Assembly: GCF_001194135.2 (NCBI RefSeq)
Contig: NC_068997.1
Location: 4,073,074-4,137,073, forward strand
Source of the DNA: Octopus bimaculoides
Lineage: Eukaryota
Length of the DNA stretch: 64,000 bases
Reading direction: 5' to 3'
In this document: piece after piece, positions 1 to 12,483 of the stretch
Numbering within the stretch: position 1 is the first letter of the stretch
Layout: each line of letters opens with the position of its first letter
Position numbers and translations under genes: made by a program
The notes under the pieces: model-generated
Seen by the model: the letters and a program-made list of their open reading frames with translations, nothing else
Told to the model about the DNA's origin: nothing
The model's database searches: none

Positions 1-38
1 CTTTCCTCTGTCTTTTATTTCCGTCTCTCTGAATCTTC

Positions 39-79
<41 letters not shown>

Positions 80-227
80 TCTCTCTCTCGCTTTACATTT
101 CTTTTTCTAGCCCTCTACTCTGTGTCACTCTCAATTTTTATCACTCATTTTAGAAATTTCAATCCCTCACTCTTTCTATTTTTCACCCAGTCTATGTATT
201 CATCTATTTTAATCTTTATTTATACCA

Positions 228-301
<74 letters not shown>

Positions 302-979
302 TCACACTCCGCCCACCCGCCATCTATCAATTTTTCTCTTTTTAATTATTCTCTATCTGCTTGCCACTTTCGTCTATCTCTTTGCTTCTCTCTGTCATTC
401 AATCACTATCTATCCGTCTCTCCCACACTGTTTTTCACTCTCTATATATATTTCTATCTATCCGTCGTTAGCTCTCCCTCCTTCTTATAATTACACTGTA
501 ACTCTTCCGTTCTTTGTCGTTCTTTTTGTCATTATTTCTACGTATCTCCCTTCTCTCTCTCATTCTTTCTGTCTGTTTCTCTTTTTTTCTCTCGCTTCTT
601 CTCTCTCCACCCACTCTCTCTCTCTCTCTCTCCCTTTCACTCTTCCTGGCGTACAATCTAAAAAGAGGACATGAATGATGGCTACAAACGACGACACACA
701 CACAACCATGTCATGAAAGCCACCTTCTCTTAATTGCGATTATTACAGACCATAATGTTTTATCAAAGATACGGCCTCTCATTCACCTCGAACATTGACA
801 CAAACCGCCCCAGCTTAATTAAATTTTACTTCCTTAACCACTCAGTAAATTATCTGGTGTTGTTATTTGAAACTGTTTGAAGATTTTCTAACTAATTTCG
901 TAACAATCATTCATTTTGTGTCTAGTTGTAACTTCAAAGGAGAAAATTTAGTTCTGTTTGAAATAATCACAGCAGATTG

Positions 980-1191
980 TTATTTAGTCAAGTACAATGG
1001 CGTTTCAATTAATTTGTCGCTTGGTTTAACATATTTAAACATAATTCTCTTCAATATGGTTCGCAGCGCTGACAAAAGAGCCTCTGGACCTTTGGTTGCT
1101 TTTAATATAGTCCATGCTGTTGCGGACAACCTGTTAAGATCTTCGTTTGAAAATACTTTCCACATTCCACTCGCAAGTTTTGGAGATACCC
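980..1191 (-). CDS. Putative terminal coding exon of an unidentified minus-strand host gene
   Basis: Pyrimidine-rich acceptor TGCTTTTTGCTTTCGTTAG, then a phase-1 open frame (G)VSPKLASGMWKVFSNEDLNRLSATAWTILKATKGPEALLSALRTILKRIMFKYVKPSDKLIETPLYLTK to TAA. Non-repetitive, protein-like composition. Phase matches the exon at 1945-2235. Confidence 0.6.
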
Positions 1192-1944
1192 CTAACGAAA
1201 GCAAAAAGCACTGATCCATTACCACCACCACTGCCCACTCTTATCGATTAAATCATTTGTTAAAAGGCGTAGAGATAGTTTGCTTTTTTAACGAACGATG
1301 AAAATATTGGTTTAAATTTTAGGAAAATGGAAAGACTTCTCATACGCTCTCGAGAAGAAAGGTAAATGACGAGTGAGGGAATATAAGTGAATTGGAATGT
1401 TTTTAAACTAGAATTGAATTAAAACCATGATGCAGTTTTAGATTTCTGAAGACCGATCTTACCATTTTGTTATGAAAAAGAGCAGCACGCTTGCCTCTTT
1501 CCCAGGGATTCCGGGAATAGACGGAAGAGTGAATTGTAGAGGCAGAAAATTATCTTTAGACCGAGGGCCTGTCCCGAATATTTTCAGAAGTGTGGACTCC
1601 GCTCATAATACCCAAGGTTCAGGTGGTGGTGTTATTGGTATTGGCGATAGGGTGGGTTGGCGTTGTTTGAGCTGGTGGTGGTGGTGGGTGGGTGGGTGAT
1701 TGGGGTGGAGCTAGTGATGATGGAGCTGGTGTTCTTGGAGGTAGTGATAGCTACCACAGTGCATAGAAATTTGCCATTCATTACTGAACGGAACAGATTT
1801 AATAGAATTCAACTTTCGATCTAATTCAGTGTTATTTAGTTTAAAAACGCTCTCTCATACTGCTCTCGGTCAGCCGTCACTGAGCTGACCAGACCATGAG
1901 AAAAGACGGTCAAACCGTGACTAATCCGTCATTGTTTCAAGTAC

Positions 1945-2235
1945 CCAGGATTACAATACCCTGGATACAGATATCGCATTCTTCCAGGGTGTGATTTGAA
2001 GAAGATTTGACTACTATTTCTAACTGAAAAAAATGACCACGAAGAGACACTTTATCTTTAATTTGTGAAGGTGGGAGCATAGATTTTATGGGGGTACAAT
2101 TGATGTTTCGGACTGGTCCTTTGGAAAAGAATAAATAAGATATGTTAATTCCCTCCGCTTCAGCTAATTCTACCATTTTATGGTACCCTCTTTTAATCCG
2201 ATATTGACCAATGATAATCATCTCTGGCCTCAGCT
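1945..2235 (-). CDS. Putative internal coding exon of the same minus-strand gene
   Basis: Acceptor TTGAGTTTTCTCAAAAG, ~97 open codons (LRPEMIIIGQYRIKRGYHKMVELAEAEG...EECDICIQGIVILG), and a GT donor in phase 1 (end 1945; alternative donor ending at 1960) that joins the 980-1191 exon in frame. Exact boundaries uncertain. Confidence 0.6.
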
Positions 2236-5197
2236 CTTTTGAGAAAACTCAAACACAAGACAACAGAGGATCCTATATCTACTCAGTCGACTTGCTAGAA
2301 ATAGCAATCTATTCTCCCTGAAATTACACCATACCGTCTGTCATTATCGTTCTCATCATCATCCCCCTGGACATTACTGCCTCAAGTGTTAGAAATCATA
2401 AGACCAGTAATCCGGTTTCCATGATGATAACATTTCTCTTGGATGTTAGTCTGTCGCAGAGTTACCTATTTACAGCTGAGTGGACTGGAACAACGAGAAT
2501 CGAAATGCTTTGCTCAAGAGCTATGAATGCAACACTATAACCACCAGGTCACGTGAGTAAAATATTTAATACTATGGGGTGGTTTTGGATGAGATGTATT
2601 TAATTATTGATTTATTAGATGAGCATTGACTTGCAACTAATAAATGTCAACTGCTGGTAGTTATTCGAAGCAATTAATTAAGTCTTGTTCATGATCTGGA
2701 GAAAAGCATGAATGATAAATAAATTCATTTTACAAGCTTCATATCAATCAGATTGATAATCAAAGTTATTATACCTTTAACAACCCCATAATATATTGTA
2801 TGACAACATTATTGAACGTAGCCATTCTTTTTTCATGAGGTTAGGGTATAGTTCGATGGTGATTTTGAAACTAATACTAGCAAGTCGAGCAAGCAGGTAC
2901 ACCCCCCCCCCCCCGTTAACACGTGTTTAAGTATTCTTAGTATCCAACGTGGAGTATGTCTCACATACATATAGGAGAGTACACCTGACAGAAAACAGGT
3001 AGATAGTTCCTATGTTTAGAGTTAAAGAAAAATCCTAAGAATTAGCTACGCGGCAAAACACAAAACCAGATAAACCAGTGAATAATTGAATAGAGCCTTA
3101 TAAAAGAACTAAACTAGAAAACCTCAGATATTTTGGGAATGTTGTAGTGAAGAATTTATGTTAAGAAAAACCTTCGATAAAATGTTCATAGGAAAATCGA
3201 AAAAATAGGTTAAAGATGAACTAATTTATACTGTTATTTGTAGACTCTGAAATGACAAAAGGTAAAGTTGACTGCGGTGTAATTTGAACTCAAAACGTAG
3301 AGAATCTGAACAAATACGATAAGTCGTTCAATCCTACACTCTAATGTGTGTCAATTGACCACATGACAGGGTTGAGTTCTTCATACAAGTCGAATTTTTG
3401 AGACTAAAATTTACAGCCAAAAGAGGTTGTTCGACATATACACAACAACAAATTTGGAGGGCCGAAAATTCCATGTGAAATTCAGTGGGAATTGGAAAGC
3501 TAGTGATGATATTTGAATGCTTATATTACATATTTACGTCATATGCTACGTCGACATGTATGCCGGAAAAAAGGTTTTATTACTAAAATTTATCTCACAA
3601 AGCCCTATAACGGATCACTGAGCCTTGCTAGTCTTCATTGAAACCGTTCGAAATAGCAGCCAAACCTCCCCCATATCAGGCTATTCTGTTTTAGATCTAG
3701 ACACATTATACCTGAAAAATAAAACGAGATGGAAAAAGAAATAGATGAATTGAAACACTTTTGATCATAATTCTACTCGATCAGCTCCCACCTGGAGTTA
3801 AATAACAATAGGAAACCGATATAGGAATCTTTCCATGGGCGCAGTCAACACGATATTCTGAAATAACTCTCTAAAATAGTTCTCATCAAGGATTCATTAA
3901 GAATTAATGTCATTAGTAGCTGTATTCTAATCAATATTTCCTTTGGTCGACATTTAACTTCATTCATTTCCTATTTAATGATTTGAAGAGAAAAAATATG
4001 GCGGTCATTAAATAAACACATGTGACCTCTTGACATTTTTCAGCTGTCTGCAAATATAGTTTTAAGTGTATTGATAATAAATCATTTTTTTTTTCTTTTC
4101 AAAAATTATGATAACTGAAAGATAAAATATTCGGTCTGTTACTACTACATAATGGTTTCACTGCAGTATGCGTGCGTGCACTCGCCTGTATGAGTACATA
4201 AATAGATATACACATGTATATATCATATATTTATGTACACTACTCTGTGTGTGCGTGTGTGTGCGTTTGTGCATGTCTGTGTGTGTGCTAATCAAAACTT
4301 TTATAAACTATAAATTCTTAAACAAGTAAAGACTTTACTACCAGAATTGAACGGAACACAATTATGCAACGTCAATGCATATATACAACAAATTCACTGC
4401 AAACCAAGGAACCAAGAACTCCCTAACAAAGATCTAGAATTTTAATGAAAGATGACTTAGAAAGAACGAGAACACAAGACGCAAACGTTTCATGGTCAAC
4501 AACACACGAAATGCATTTGCAGATATCGGAAGTAATTTCAGTACTTATCGAGCGTATACATCCCACCTTCAGCTCTTTAACGGGCATCATTCTCGTTTCG
4601 TCAATTGGGCGAGTGTATATACATATATATATATATGTATATGCGAGTAAAAATAAATACAAAAAAGGTGGGGGTTTTTTGTATGATTGTGTATAGAGGA
4701 ATATATTATTTTGCTTAAAAGAGTTCCAACACTGTCTGTTTTTTATGTTTTATTTATATTCCTGCAGAACTAACGTGGGGTATAGAATATGGAATATACA
4801 ATATATAATATAATATACAATATACAATATAAAATAAAATCAAATAAAATAAAATAAAAATGGATGGCACCATGAAAGAAAGTATTGAATGTAGATGAAA
4901 TATTGAGTGTTCAATATAAAGGATCAAATATATAAATATAAATATATATATATAAAGGCGACTCGNNNNNNNNNNTAACAAAGATCTAGAATTTTAATGA
5001 AAGATGACTTAGAAAGAACGAGAACACAAGACGCAAACGTTTCATGGTCAACAACACACGAAATGCATTTGCAGATATCGGAAGTAATTTCAGTACTTAT
5101 CGAGCGTATACATCCCACCTTCAGCTCTTTAACGGGCATCATTCTCGTTTCGTCAATTGGGCGAGTGTATATACATATATATATATATGTATATATA

Positions 5198-5549
5198 CAC
5201 TCCGTCGGTTACGGCGACGAGGGTTCCAGTTGATCTGATCAACGGAACAGCCTGCTCGTGAAATTAACATGCTGAGCACTCCACAGACACGTGTACCCTT
5301 AACGTAGTTCTCGGGGATATTCAGCGTGACACAGAGTGTGACAAGGCTGGCCCTTCGAAATGCAGGTACAACAGAAACAGGAAGAGAGAGTGAGAGAAAT
5401 TTGAGGTGAAAGAGTACAGCAGAGTTCAACACCAACCCCTGCCGGAGCCACGTGGAGCTAACACTCAGAACACCCGGTCTGGGTATCGAAACCGCGATCC
5501 TACGACCGCGAGTCCGCTTCCCCTAACCACTGGGCCATTGCGCCTCCAC
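5198..5549 (-). mobile_element. tRNA-derived SINE, full-length copy (family D here)
   Basis: Minus-strand head GGCGCAATGGCCCAGTGGTTAGGG...GGTTTCGATACCC has Pol III A/B-box-like motifs. Its 3' part is shared with the element at 14930-15249. Confidence 0.75.
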
Positions 5550-5578
5550 TTATAAAGATATAATATATATAATATATA

Positions 5579-5610
<32 letters not shown>

Positions 5611-5759
5611 TTTAACAATAAAACTTGGGTGGAATTTATAAACATTTAATACATCGCTATGCGTGTTTCCGTAATTCACATTACTCTAAAGATCACGCAA
5701 TATCAATGAATATATACAACAAACCCCAGTGCTTTTTTGTTATGTTTTTAAGCCTGGTA

Positions 5760-6010
5760 CTTATTATATTGCTCGCTTTTACCGAACCACTAAGTTACGG
5801 GGATGCAAACACACCAACACTGGTTGTCAAGCGGTGATAGGGGACAAACACACTAAAACACACGCGCACACACACGACGGACTCCTTTCAGTTTTCATCT
5901 ACCAAATCCACTCACAAAGCTTTGGTCGTTCCGAGAATCTAGAGGGTGCCTCGCAGTGGGACTGAACACAGACCCATGTAGTTTCGAAGCAATCTTCTTA
6001 CCACACACCC
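5760..6010 (-). mobile_element. Degenerate SINE (family A here)
   Basis: Similar to the 12082-12483 copy (ACACCAAC...GTTGTCAAGCG, CCACTCACAAAGCTTTGGTC, CAGTGGGACTGAAC). Confidence 0.65.
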
Positions 6011-6074
6011 ACACACCTATCTTCGTCTTTCGTTTTTCTATAAATTTCGACTATATATATATATATATATATAT

Positions 6075-6380
6075 NNNNNNNNNNNNNNNNNNNNNNNNNN
6101 NNNNNNNNNNNNNNNNNNNNNNNNNNNNNNNNNNNNNNNNNNNNNNNNNNNNNNNNNNNNNNNNNNNNNNNNNNNNNNNNNNNNNNNNNNNNNNNNNNNN
6201 NNNNNNNNNNNNNNNNNNNNNNNNNNNNNNNNNNNNNNNNNNNNNNNNNNNNNNNNNNNNNNNNNNNNNNNNNNNNNNNNNNNNNNNNNNNNNNNNNNNN
6301 NNNNNNNNNNNNNNNNNNNNNNNNNNNNNNNNNNNNNNNNNNNNNNNNNNNNNNNNNNNNNNNNNNNNNNNNNNNNNNNN
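6075..6380. other. Assembly gap (one of several; others at 25324-25699, 60406-60760, 61675-62229, plus short gaps)
   Basis: N runs, mostly flanked by (TA)n or (CA)n microsatellites. Confidence 0.99.
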
Positions 6381-6618
6381 TATATATATATATATATATA
6401 TGCGTGTACGTATGTGTGTACGTTCATGTATGTATGTATGCCTCTATATATGTATGCATAGTGACTAACACCCTACTGATAGCCACCTACATACCTACCT
6501 ACATCCCATCCATAATCCTAGTCCACCATAGCCAGTCACGCCATGTTATAATATGTATCTCTAATGCTACATCTCTAACCTTGTCAGATCCAATGAAATC
6601 AATGGTCAAGTTACTCAC

Positions 6619-6729
6619 TTCTCACTCTTCTTATTTACCCCACTCCCACATCTGCCAACAACAGCATCAGGACACGTCATATCTACAGCTTCTGTGTTCA
6701 TGTTCAGTGAGCGGCGGTATGGAATACAT
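6619..6729 (-). CDS. Putative 111-nt phase-2/phase-2 coding exon of the minus-strand gene
   Basis: Acceptor ATATCTACAG and donor GAA|GTGAGT. Only one frame is open (CIPYRRSLNMNTEAVDMTCPDAVVGRCGSGVNKKSE), and it is the frame delivered by the 6968-7007 exon. Confidence 0.6.
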
Positions 6730-6967
6730 CTGTAGATATATGTACATCTACCGATGTGTGTGTGTGTGTGTATATGCATGCATATATGTGTGTGTATGTA
6801 TATATGTATAAGTTTATATATGTATATATGTATGGGCTTATGTATAAATATATCAATATATATGTATATGTTTATATGTATATATATATATACATACATA
6901 CATAGCAATATCACTATCACCAATTTAGTTACTCTACTACAGCTACTACTACTACAACTACAATTAC

Positions 6968-7007
6968 CTGTGCATGTAGATAACATAACATGATACAACC
7001 GCCATAT
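6968..7007 (-). CDS. Putative 40-nt exon of the minus-strand gene (may contain the start codon)
   Basis: Acceptor TTTAGTTTCGCAG and donor CAG|GTAATT. Encodes MAVVSCYVIYMH(R) and ends in phase 2, in frame with the next exon. Confidence 0.55.
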
Positions 7008-7389
7008 CTGCGAAACTAAAGACGGATCCTTCTCACCCACCGCTTCCCCTTGCTTCCTCTGTCCACAGGGAGAGAGAGAGAGAGAGAGAAAGACCTAATT
7101 AAATGTATAAACCAAACCGATATTGTATTGAAGACAACCCTTCATATCAGATATAATTCTTCTCTAATACAGCTTCATGTCTTCAACGTGTTCCACTAGC
7201 TAGCCACCTAGATCTATATACTTTCATCCTAAGCCGTATGGATCTGATAAGTTCTCTCCCAATGACGTTCTTCCAAGATCGATCTCATAGATCAGCGGTT
7301 CCTTTTAGGGTGGATAATCTCTGACTGTTTTAAGATAAATTCGTTCAGAGTTTTCTAGTTTTGTTTATTGTATTCTTTCATTTGTTTCA

Positions 7390-7730
7390 GTCTTTAGTTT
7401 GCGGCCATACTGGAGCACTGCCTTGAAGAAGTTTAGCTGAATGAATCGACCCCATTATTTTTTTTAAAGCCTCGTACTTATTTTATCGGTCCCTTTTTCC
7501 AAAATGCTAAGTTACAGAGATGTGAACACACCAACACCGGTTGCCAAATATATATATATTTATGTGTGTGTGCGCATGGCTGGGTTTGTCCCTCACCACC
7601 ATTTGACAACCGGTATTGACTCCGAGGCTATAGCAGAAGACACTAGCCGAAGATACCACGCAGTGAGACTGAGCCCAGATCCATGTGGTTGGAAAGCAAA
7701 CTTCTTACGACACAGCCACGCCCGCGCCTA
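7390..7730 (-). mobile_element. SINE family A copy
   Basis: GTTTCAGTC...GCGGCCATACTGGAGCACTGCC tail and GAGGCTATAGCAGAAGACAC...CACAGCCACGCCCGCGCC head, in reverse orientation relative to 12082-12483. Confidence 0.7.
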
Positions 7731-8467
7731 AAGAAATAATAACAAAAAGAAGTGATTGTTAATAATTCTAAGATAAAGTGGAAAATCATTTTAATAAATT
7801 GAGTATTGATTTCGCGAGAAATTGAATTTGAGTAGTTCGTAGAAAATTTGGTGTTTGTTAGCAACAAATGTGTTAGATTCCAGCAGGTTTTGGAATTACT
7901 GGGTCTGGTCAGTGAACCGTAGTACAACCCAAGTTTGCTTTGATCATATAGAAGACAGATCAAAGAGTAAGGAAGATATTAATGTGTATCATTAAGAAGA
8001 TATAACTAGCGAAGGGAGATAATTCTAATGCTCCCTTTGTACGAATTATATTCACTGAAAGTACTCCTGATATATGCAGATACCTCCAGGACGACATAAA
8101 TAAATGTTCTACGTTATAAACAAATACTGTGACATATTCGCGTAAATTCATATTTAAGACATTCGACTACATTTGCACACAAGAAGACATTTCGTTGAAG
8201 ACATAGTTTCGGGAGAAAATTCATTCCCTCAACATGTGTGAAAGCAGATTGACCTGTGAATTACGTTCATTACAATAGTAGGACGAATATGTTTCTGTGC
8301 ACTTTCGAATCGTCAGGTACGAATACTAAAGCATTCGCAACCGTCCTTATATTGCAACAGTAAATTTTCTGTTTGCTGATGTATGTAAAGCTTGTATGTA
8401 TGTATGTATGCATGTATGTATATTTGAATGTATGTAAACGCTTCATAGCTAACTTTTCCTCGGGACA

Positions 8468-8563
8468 ATGGCAGTGTTCCTTAAGAGTGTTGCGCTCTGT
8501 CTCGCTTTCCTTTTCACCATTTCAATACCATTGATCCTCACCGTCACATATGATAAGATGTAG
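8468..8563 (+). CDS. Short hydrophobic ORF; possible first exon (signal anchor/TM1) of a plus-strand membrane-protein gene
   Basis: ATG in good context, reading MAVFLKSVALCLAFLFTISIPLILTVTYDKM*. There is no canonical donor: TATG|ATAAGA is one base off G|GTAAGA, and AT|GTAGAG is weak. Confidence 0.25.
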   Translation: MAVFLKSVALCLAFLFTISIPLILTVTYDKM

Positions 8564-9565
8564 AGTAGTTGTCTATACAAAAATAGCTGACAGAATCACC
8601 AGTGCGTGGAGAGAATGTTTAGCGGCATTTTGCCGGTTCTTTATGTTCAGCGTTCAAATACAACTAAGATTAATTTGTCTTTCGAGATTGATAAAATAAG
8701 CATCTGCCGTCAAAATTTCAGACTCTCTGCCTATAGCAGAGAGAATTATATCACATTCAGGAGGCGAGCTAGTAGAGTCATTACAGAGTCGGACAAATTG
8801 TTTAGCGGCATTCTGCCTGGCTCTTTAATTTCGGAGTCCAAATACAACAGAAGTCAACTTTGTCTTTGAATCTTTGGGAGTTGATTAGATAAGATACCAA
8901 TGATTGTACTGGGGTCCACCTAATCGACTAAACCCCTCCCTCGTAAATTTGATGATCTTGTGTCAAACTTTGAAACTATTTTATATAACGAACAACCCTT
9001 TCATAATTTAACACTGTTAATACAACCATGGGTAATTCAAGAAACATCATAAGAACTGACAATGAGTGCATCTCGCCATTTCTCATAGTTCAGGACCGGC
9101 GACTACACTCAAATCCACACTCCTTACCACATATTAAGGTCTCATATGTGGTTCTGAGTTCAAATTCGACTTTGGCTTTCATCCTTTCGGAATCAATAAA
9201 ATAAGTACCAGTAGAGGACTGCTGTTGATGTAATCGACTTTCCCGCTTCCCCCAAATTTCAGGCATTGTGCTTATAATAGGAAAAGACTATTTTTGCTGT
9301 TGCTTTTAAAAGCGGCTAACTTAAAAATGCTTAAAGCTATTTCATCTGTCTTTACGACCTGGGTTCAAATTCAGTCGCAGTCGATGAATTATCAATCATG
9401 TAATCAACCAGCACCTTCCCCAAATTTCAGGCGTTTTGAAATAGCAGAAACGAATTTAAACATTTTTTGGGGCGTTAAATAGATATCCTAGCGTCGTGGG
9501 TGCTTACAAAAGCGCAGCAGATCGAGTGAGAGAGGTTGGACAGGAAGACCAGAAGCAGAAAGGAT

Positions 9566-9601
<36 letters not shown>

Positions 9602-9626
9602 TATTATTATTATTATTATTATTATT

Positions 9627-9850
9627 AAGGCGGCGAGCTAACAGAATTGTTAGAGCGCCAGGCGAAATGCCTAGTGGTATTTCATCCTTCTTTACGTTCT
9701 GAGTTCAAATTCCGCCGAGGCCGACAATGTCTTTCATCCTTTTGAGGTCGATAAATAAAGTACCAGTGAAACACCGAGGTTGAGGAAATCGACTAGTCCT
9801 CGCCCCACAAAATTTCAGACCCTGTGCCTTTAGTAGAAAGGATGATTATT
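9627..9850 (+). mobile_element. tRNA-derived SINE (family B here), flanked by ATT repeats
   Basis: AAGGCGGCGAGCTAACAGAA...GTTCTGAGTTCAAATTCCGCCGAGG...GTAGAAAGGA, with a B-box-like GAGTTCAAATTCC. Many copies across the window. Confidence 0.75.
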
Positions 9851-10675
9851 ATTTGTTTTGTTAATTCTGCAAATATTACGCGGTAAACGTGTCACGACCT
9901 CTGGCCTAACTTATATAAATACATAACAGAAGAAATATTTTATTTACGTTTACCTCCCATAGTACTAAAATGGATCTCTGAGGATTTCTACTCTTTATAT
10001 TATCGTTCCTGTCCTTGATGTCATCACTCTATGCTTGTCTTTTTCAGCGTTTGCCATCCACCAAACCCTCTAAGATGTGGGAACAGAGGTTGCAGGACCC
10101 GAAAACAAAGCGAGAATATTGCAGGTCTATTAAGTAAAATTCTCACAGAGTGAGAATAAAAATAAATGAAGTAAACAATACTGTCACTGATCCTTTTCTT
10201 TTTTCAGTCATTGAACTTCAGCCACTTGGGGGACCGCTTTGAAGCTTTGAAGAGTTTTCGGTGGCATATTAGGACTTCAATACAAATTTTATCAGTGCCT
10301 GGAGCCGTTGCGCCAAGTCAGGGAGGCATAAACAAACCAACATCGATTTCAGTAAATGGTGGAGATGACAAATACACACAAAACATACAGAGACACGCAG
10401 TAACATACATACACTCAAATATATATATGTGTGCGTGTGTGCGTGTGTGTGTGTGTTTGTCTTTGTGTATGTGAGTCTGTGTCTGTCTGTTTTTGTACCC
10501 CCACCACCACTTGACAACCGATGTTGGTGTATATATGTCCCCGTAAATTATCGGTTCGGCAAACTGCCGGGTAGAACAAGTAACAAGCCTACAAAGAATA
10601 AGCTCCGGGGTAGATTTCTTCGACTAAATAGTAGTGCTCCAGCATGGCCGCAGTGAAATAAGTGAAAGAATAAAA

Positions 10676-10756
<81 letters not shown>

Positions 10757-11915
10757 CATATGCACACACGAAAAAAAAGATATATGTATGTATGTATGTA
10801 TGTATGAGGTGGGTTTCCACACAGTTTCTCTCTGCAAAATCTATTCAAAAGGTATTCCCCGGCAGTGGGACTGAACCGGAAACCGCGTGGTTGCAAGGCA
10901 AGCTTTCTGAGTAGACAGCTATGCATGTGCTTATATCATGTGAGTTCGCCCACCCCGGAAAGATATTCCTTTTAGGCTAAGAATTGCTGTATTGGTTGGC
11001 TGCGTCCTTGGCAGTTTCCGCTTCATCCGACGTGCTAAAAATAACTAAAACATCTCCCCCTTATATAGTTATATGAGGGGGAGTTGTTTCATAAACGAGG
11101 CAAAACTTGTGTTATATAATGTATAGAGAAAACGGTTGAAAGACTTTTGAGCAAATGTCATTTCGATCACGGCTGACCCGTAGCTGTACAACAACTGCAA
11201 CAATCACAACAACAACGAAAACAGTAACACAGACAGCTTCTAATCATTAGATATCATATAAACAATATGATTTATATCACTAGAACCCAGTGATTATTAT
11301 CGCTTTAATCTGACTACACGATATTGATATTGGAATAAGATTTATCTTGATTCAACTTTGGTGTCGCCACGAATTTACATTTGCGTCTCTCTCAAGGTTT
11401 ATCATTACGCATGCGTGCAAATTGTTTATCTCTATCCGCACGCGAGCTTCTGGTTACATCAGCTTTGCATGTGATAGTGAGATACTTCCATATTAATTTA
11501 TATTTATGTTAGGTTTATGTATAAATTTACCCGTGCATGTGCATTGTATGCATATGTATATGTGTTGTGGATGTGTGAGTGTATGTAGGTGTGCATGGGA
11601 ATGTATATATGTGTATGAGTGCGAGTTGTACAGTAGACGTCATGCCTACATATACAGGCACACATGTGCAAGCAAGAGATACCTACGCAAATGTAATAAC
11701 TATTTTGTGTCTATGTCGTATAAGGAATGGGTTATATAAGACACAATGTAAATATACCCGTTGTAAGATGCGTACATTTCTCTCTATACATTTAGGTACG
11801 TATGTCTAACAATTGCATATTGTGGGTATATGTGTGTGTGCGAGTGTGTGTGGTGTGTGTGTGTTTGCGTGTGTGTGCATATATATGTGTGTCTGCATGT
11901 ATGTGTGTGTAAGTG

Positions 11916-11979
<64 letters not shown>

Positions 11980-12081
11980 ACTAATAAAATTGAAAATGGA
12001 GAGATTCAATGGATATGAATTAATTCATTATTACCTACAATAGTTTCACTTCGCACCTAATTTAAATTACAAAACATATAA

Positions 12082-12483
12082 TAGGCGCAGGAGTGGCTGT
12101 GTGGTAAGTAGCTTGCTTACAAACCACATGGTTCCGGGTTCAGTCCCACTGCGTGGCACCTTGGGCAAGTGTCTTCTACTATATCCTCGGGCCGACCAAA
12201 GCCTTGTGAGTGGATTTTGTAGACGGAAATTGAAAGAAGCCCGTCGTATATATGTATATATATAAGTGTGTGTGTATGTTTGTGTGTCTGTGTTTGCCCC
12301 CCCCCCCCAACATCGCTTGTCAACCGACGGTGGTGTGTTTATGTCCCCGTAACCTAGCGGTTCGGCAAAAGCGACGGATAGAATAAGTACTAGGCATTCA
12401 AAGAAGAAGTCCTGGGGTCGATTTGCTCGACTAAAGTCGGTGCTCCAGAATAGCCGCAGTCAAATGACTAAAACAAGTAAAAG
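12082..12483 (+). mobile_element. tRNA-derived SINE family A, full-length copy
   Basis: A-box-like TGGCTGTGTGG, B-box-like GGTTCAGTCCC, CORE-like GGCACCTTGGGCAAGTGTCTT, internal TA/TG microsatellite, and 3' tail GGTGCTCCAG...GACTAAAACAAGTAAAAG. Confidence 0.8.

Noticed and set aside
2964-2985. Possible micro-exon bridging the phase gap of the minus-strand gene
   Set aside because: The acceptor is good, but joining needs an unusual GAG acceptor downstream or creates a stop. Not supportable without reads.
4425-5190. Near-identical ~200-bp direct duplication (4425-4630 and 4975-5190) with ORFs of 70-83 aa
   Set aside because: The copies straddle a 10-N gap, typical of an unmerged contig overlap or haplotype duplication. 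The ORFs lack credible splice sites and recognisable motifs.
10048-10150. Exon-like segment with strong acceptor (RLPSTKPSKMWEQRLQDPK)
   Set aside because: A similar sequence recurs at ~21760, suggesting a dispersed repeat, and no frame fits the neighbouring exon candidates convincingly.
12082-12160. tRNA-like sequence with A and B boxes (also 5480-5549, 15180-15249, 41505-41570)
   Set aside because: No complete cloverleaf or acceptor stem, and each continues into SINE body sequence. These are SINE heads, not tRNA genes.
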